Shown: piece by piece, positions 63,296-64,000 of the stretch
How the letters are laid out: every line of letters begins with the position of its first letter
Numbering within the stretch: the first letter of the stretch is position 1
Notes under the pieces: model-generated
What the model saw: the letters and a program-made list of their open reading frames with translations, nothing else
The model's database searches: none
What the model was told of the DNA's origin: nothing
From: Chiloscyllium plagiosum
Lineage: Eukaryota
DNA length: 64,000 nt
Assembly: GCF_004010195.1 (NCBI RefSeq)
Contig: NC_057718.1
Span: 79,888,944-79,952,943 of the forward strand
Direction of reading: 5' to 3'
Made by a program: the position numbers and the translations under genes

Positions 63296-63534
63296 TTGCA
63301 AAGGAATAAAATTTATTTAATTCTTCCAAACTAAACATAGTATTTCCATTCCAATTCTACTGAGAGCTGAGAAGATTTTATGCTCCAGGTGTTTGTGTTA
63401 TTCAGGATGAAAATAGTATCAATGCATAGAATTTATGATTCTACAATTAAAATATATTGGCTGAGATATTAGATCACGTCTGAAACCAGGGACCATCCTG
63501 ATGCAACACGCTCATCAAAACCTAGCAAAGAATT

Positions 63535-63650
63535 CTTTTTCATTTTTATGATTTGTGTACAGGATGAGATCATCACTACTAAGGCCAGTATTTATTGCCC
63601 AGACCTAATTGTTCTTCAGAAGGTGCTGGTGAATCTCCTCCTTCAATAGC
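63535..63650 (-). mobile_element. 3' tail of the tRNA-headed LINE family
   Basis: GGCCAGTATTTATTGCCC..CCTAATTGTTCTTCAGAAGGTG, reverse complement of the 11280-11340 type. Confidence 0.65.
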
Positions 63651-64000
63651 TTGGGACAACTTCTCAGTTAAATTCAAGAGAAATCAAGAGTGCTAAGGGT
63701 AGGATGAAGAGGTAGGGGAGAGGGTGGTAGTGGAGGGGCGGGGTGGTAGGAGGGGTGTGTGCAGGGGAGTTGCAGGTTAAATGACCAACAATCAGCAGTA
63801 ACCGTCATATTTAATGCAGAGCCTGAAGCGAAAGTACTGCTGCTTCTAACTCCACATGCAAGTTAGGGAAAAACTTTAAAAGTGCCTTTCAGATGGCATC
63901 CACCAGCAATCCTATAAAGGAGGATCTGACTGGCTTCTGTGCATCTTGGAAAATCAATTACTGCAAGCATAGTATTGGCTGTTGTCAGTACTATTGGAAC

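Noticed and set aside
63710..63770. G-quadruplex-like G-rich tract
   Set aside because: Low-complexity, and similar tracts occur inside TEs here (21065-21240); nothing indicates function.

Overview
Eukaryotic non-coding DNA, almost certainly from a shark. It carries HE1-type V-SINEs with (TCTAA)n tails and HER1/CR1 LINEs, a pattern I associate with carpet or bamboo sharks (inference). I found no host protein-coding exon, intact ORF, tRNA/rRNA gene or CRISPR array; the supplied ORFs are decayed transposon fragments or chance frames. The window is a layered fossil record of mobile DNA: many CR1/HER1 fragments, HE1 and other tRNA-derived SINEs, a Deu-domain SINE, L2 tails, one Rex1/Babar LINE, Neptune- and Poseidon-type Penelope-like elements (PLEs) whose termini carry mostly decayed minimal hammerhead ribozyme motifs, two solo LTRs, three Tigger-like MITEs and several PIF/Harbinger fossils (two transposase pseudogenes, four Myb/SANT loci). 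The most notable observations are: (i) a CR1-group LINE family with a tRNA-like 5' head, no ORF1 and a bipartite SINE-like derivative; (ii) a near full-length copy of that LINE with its 5' half inverted in twin-priming geometry; (iii) a two-gene Harbinger fossil; (iv) a 30-bp hairpin with a 13-bp target duplication inside a hidden transposase gene. Family names come from motif recognition by eye, not database searches, and boundaries of old elements are approximate.
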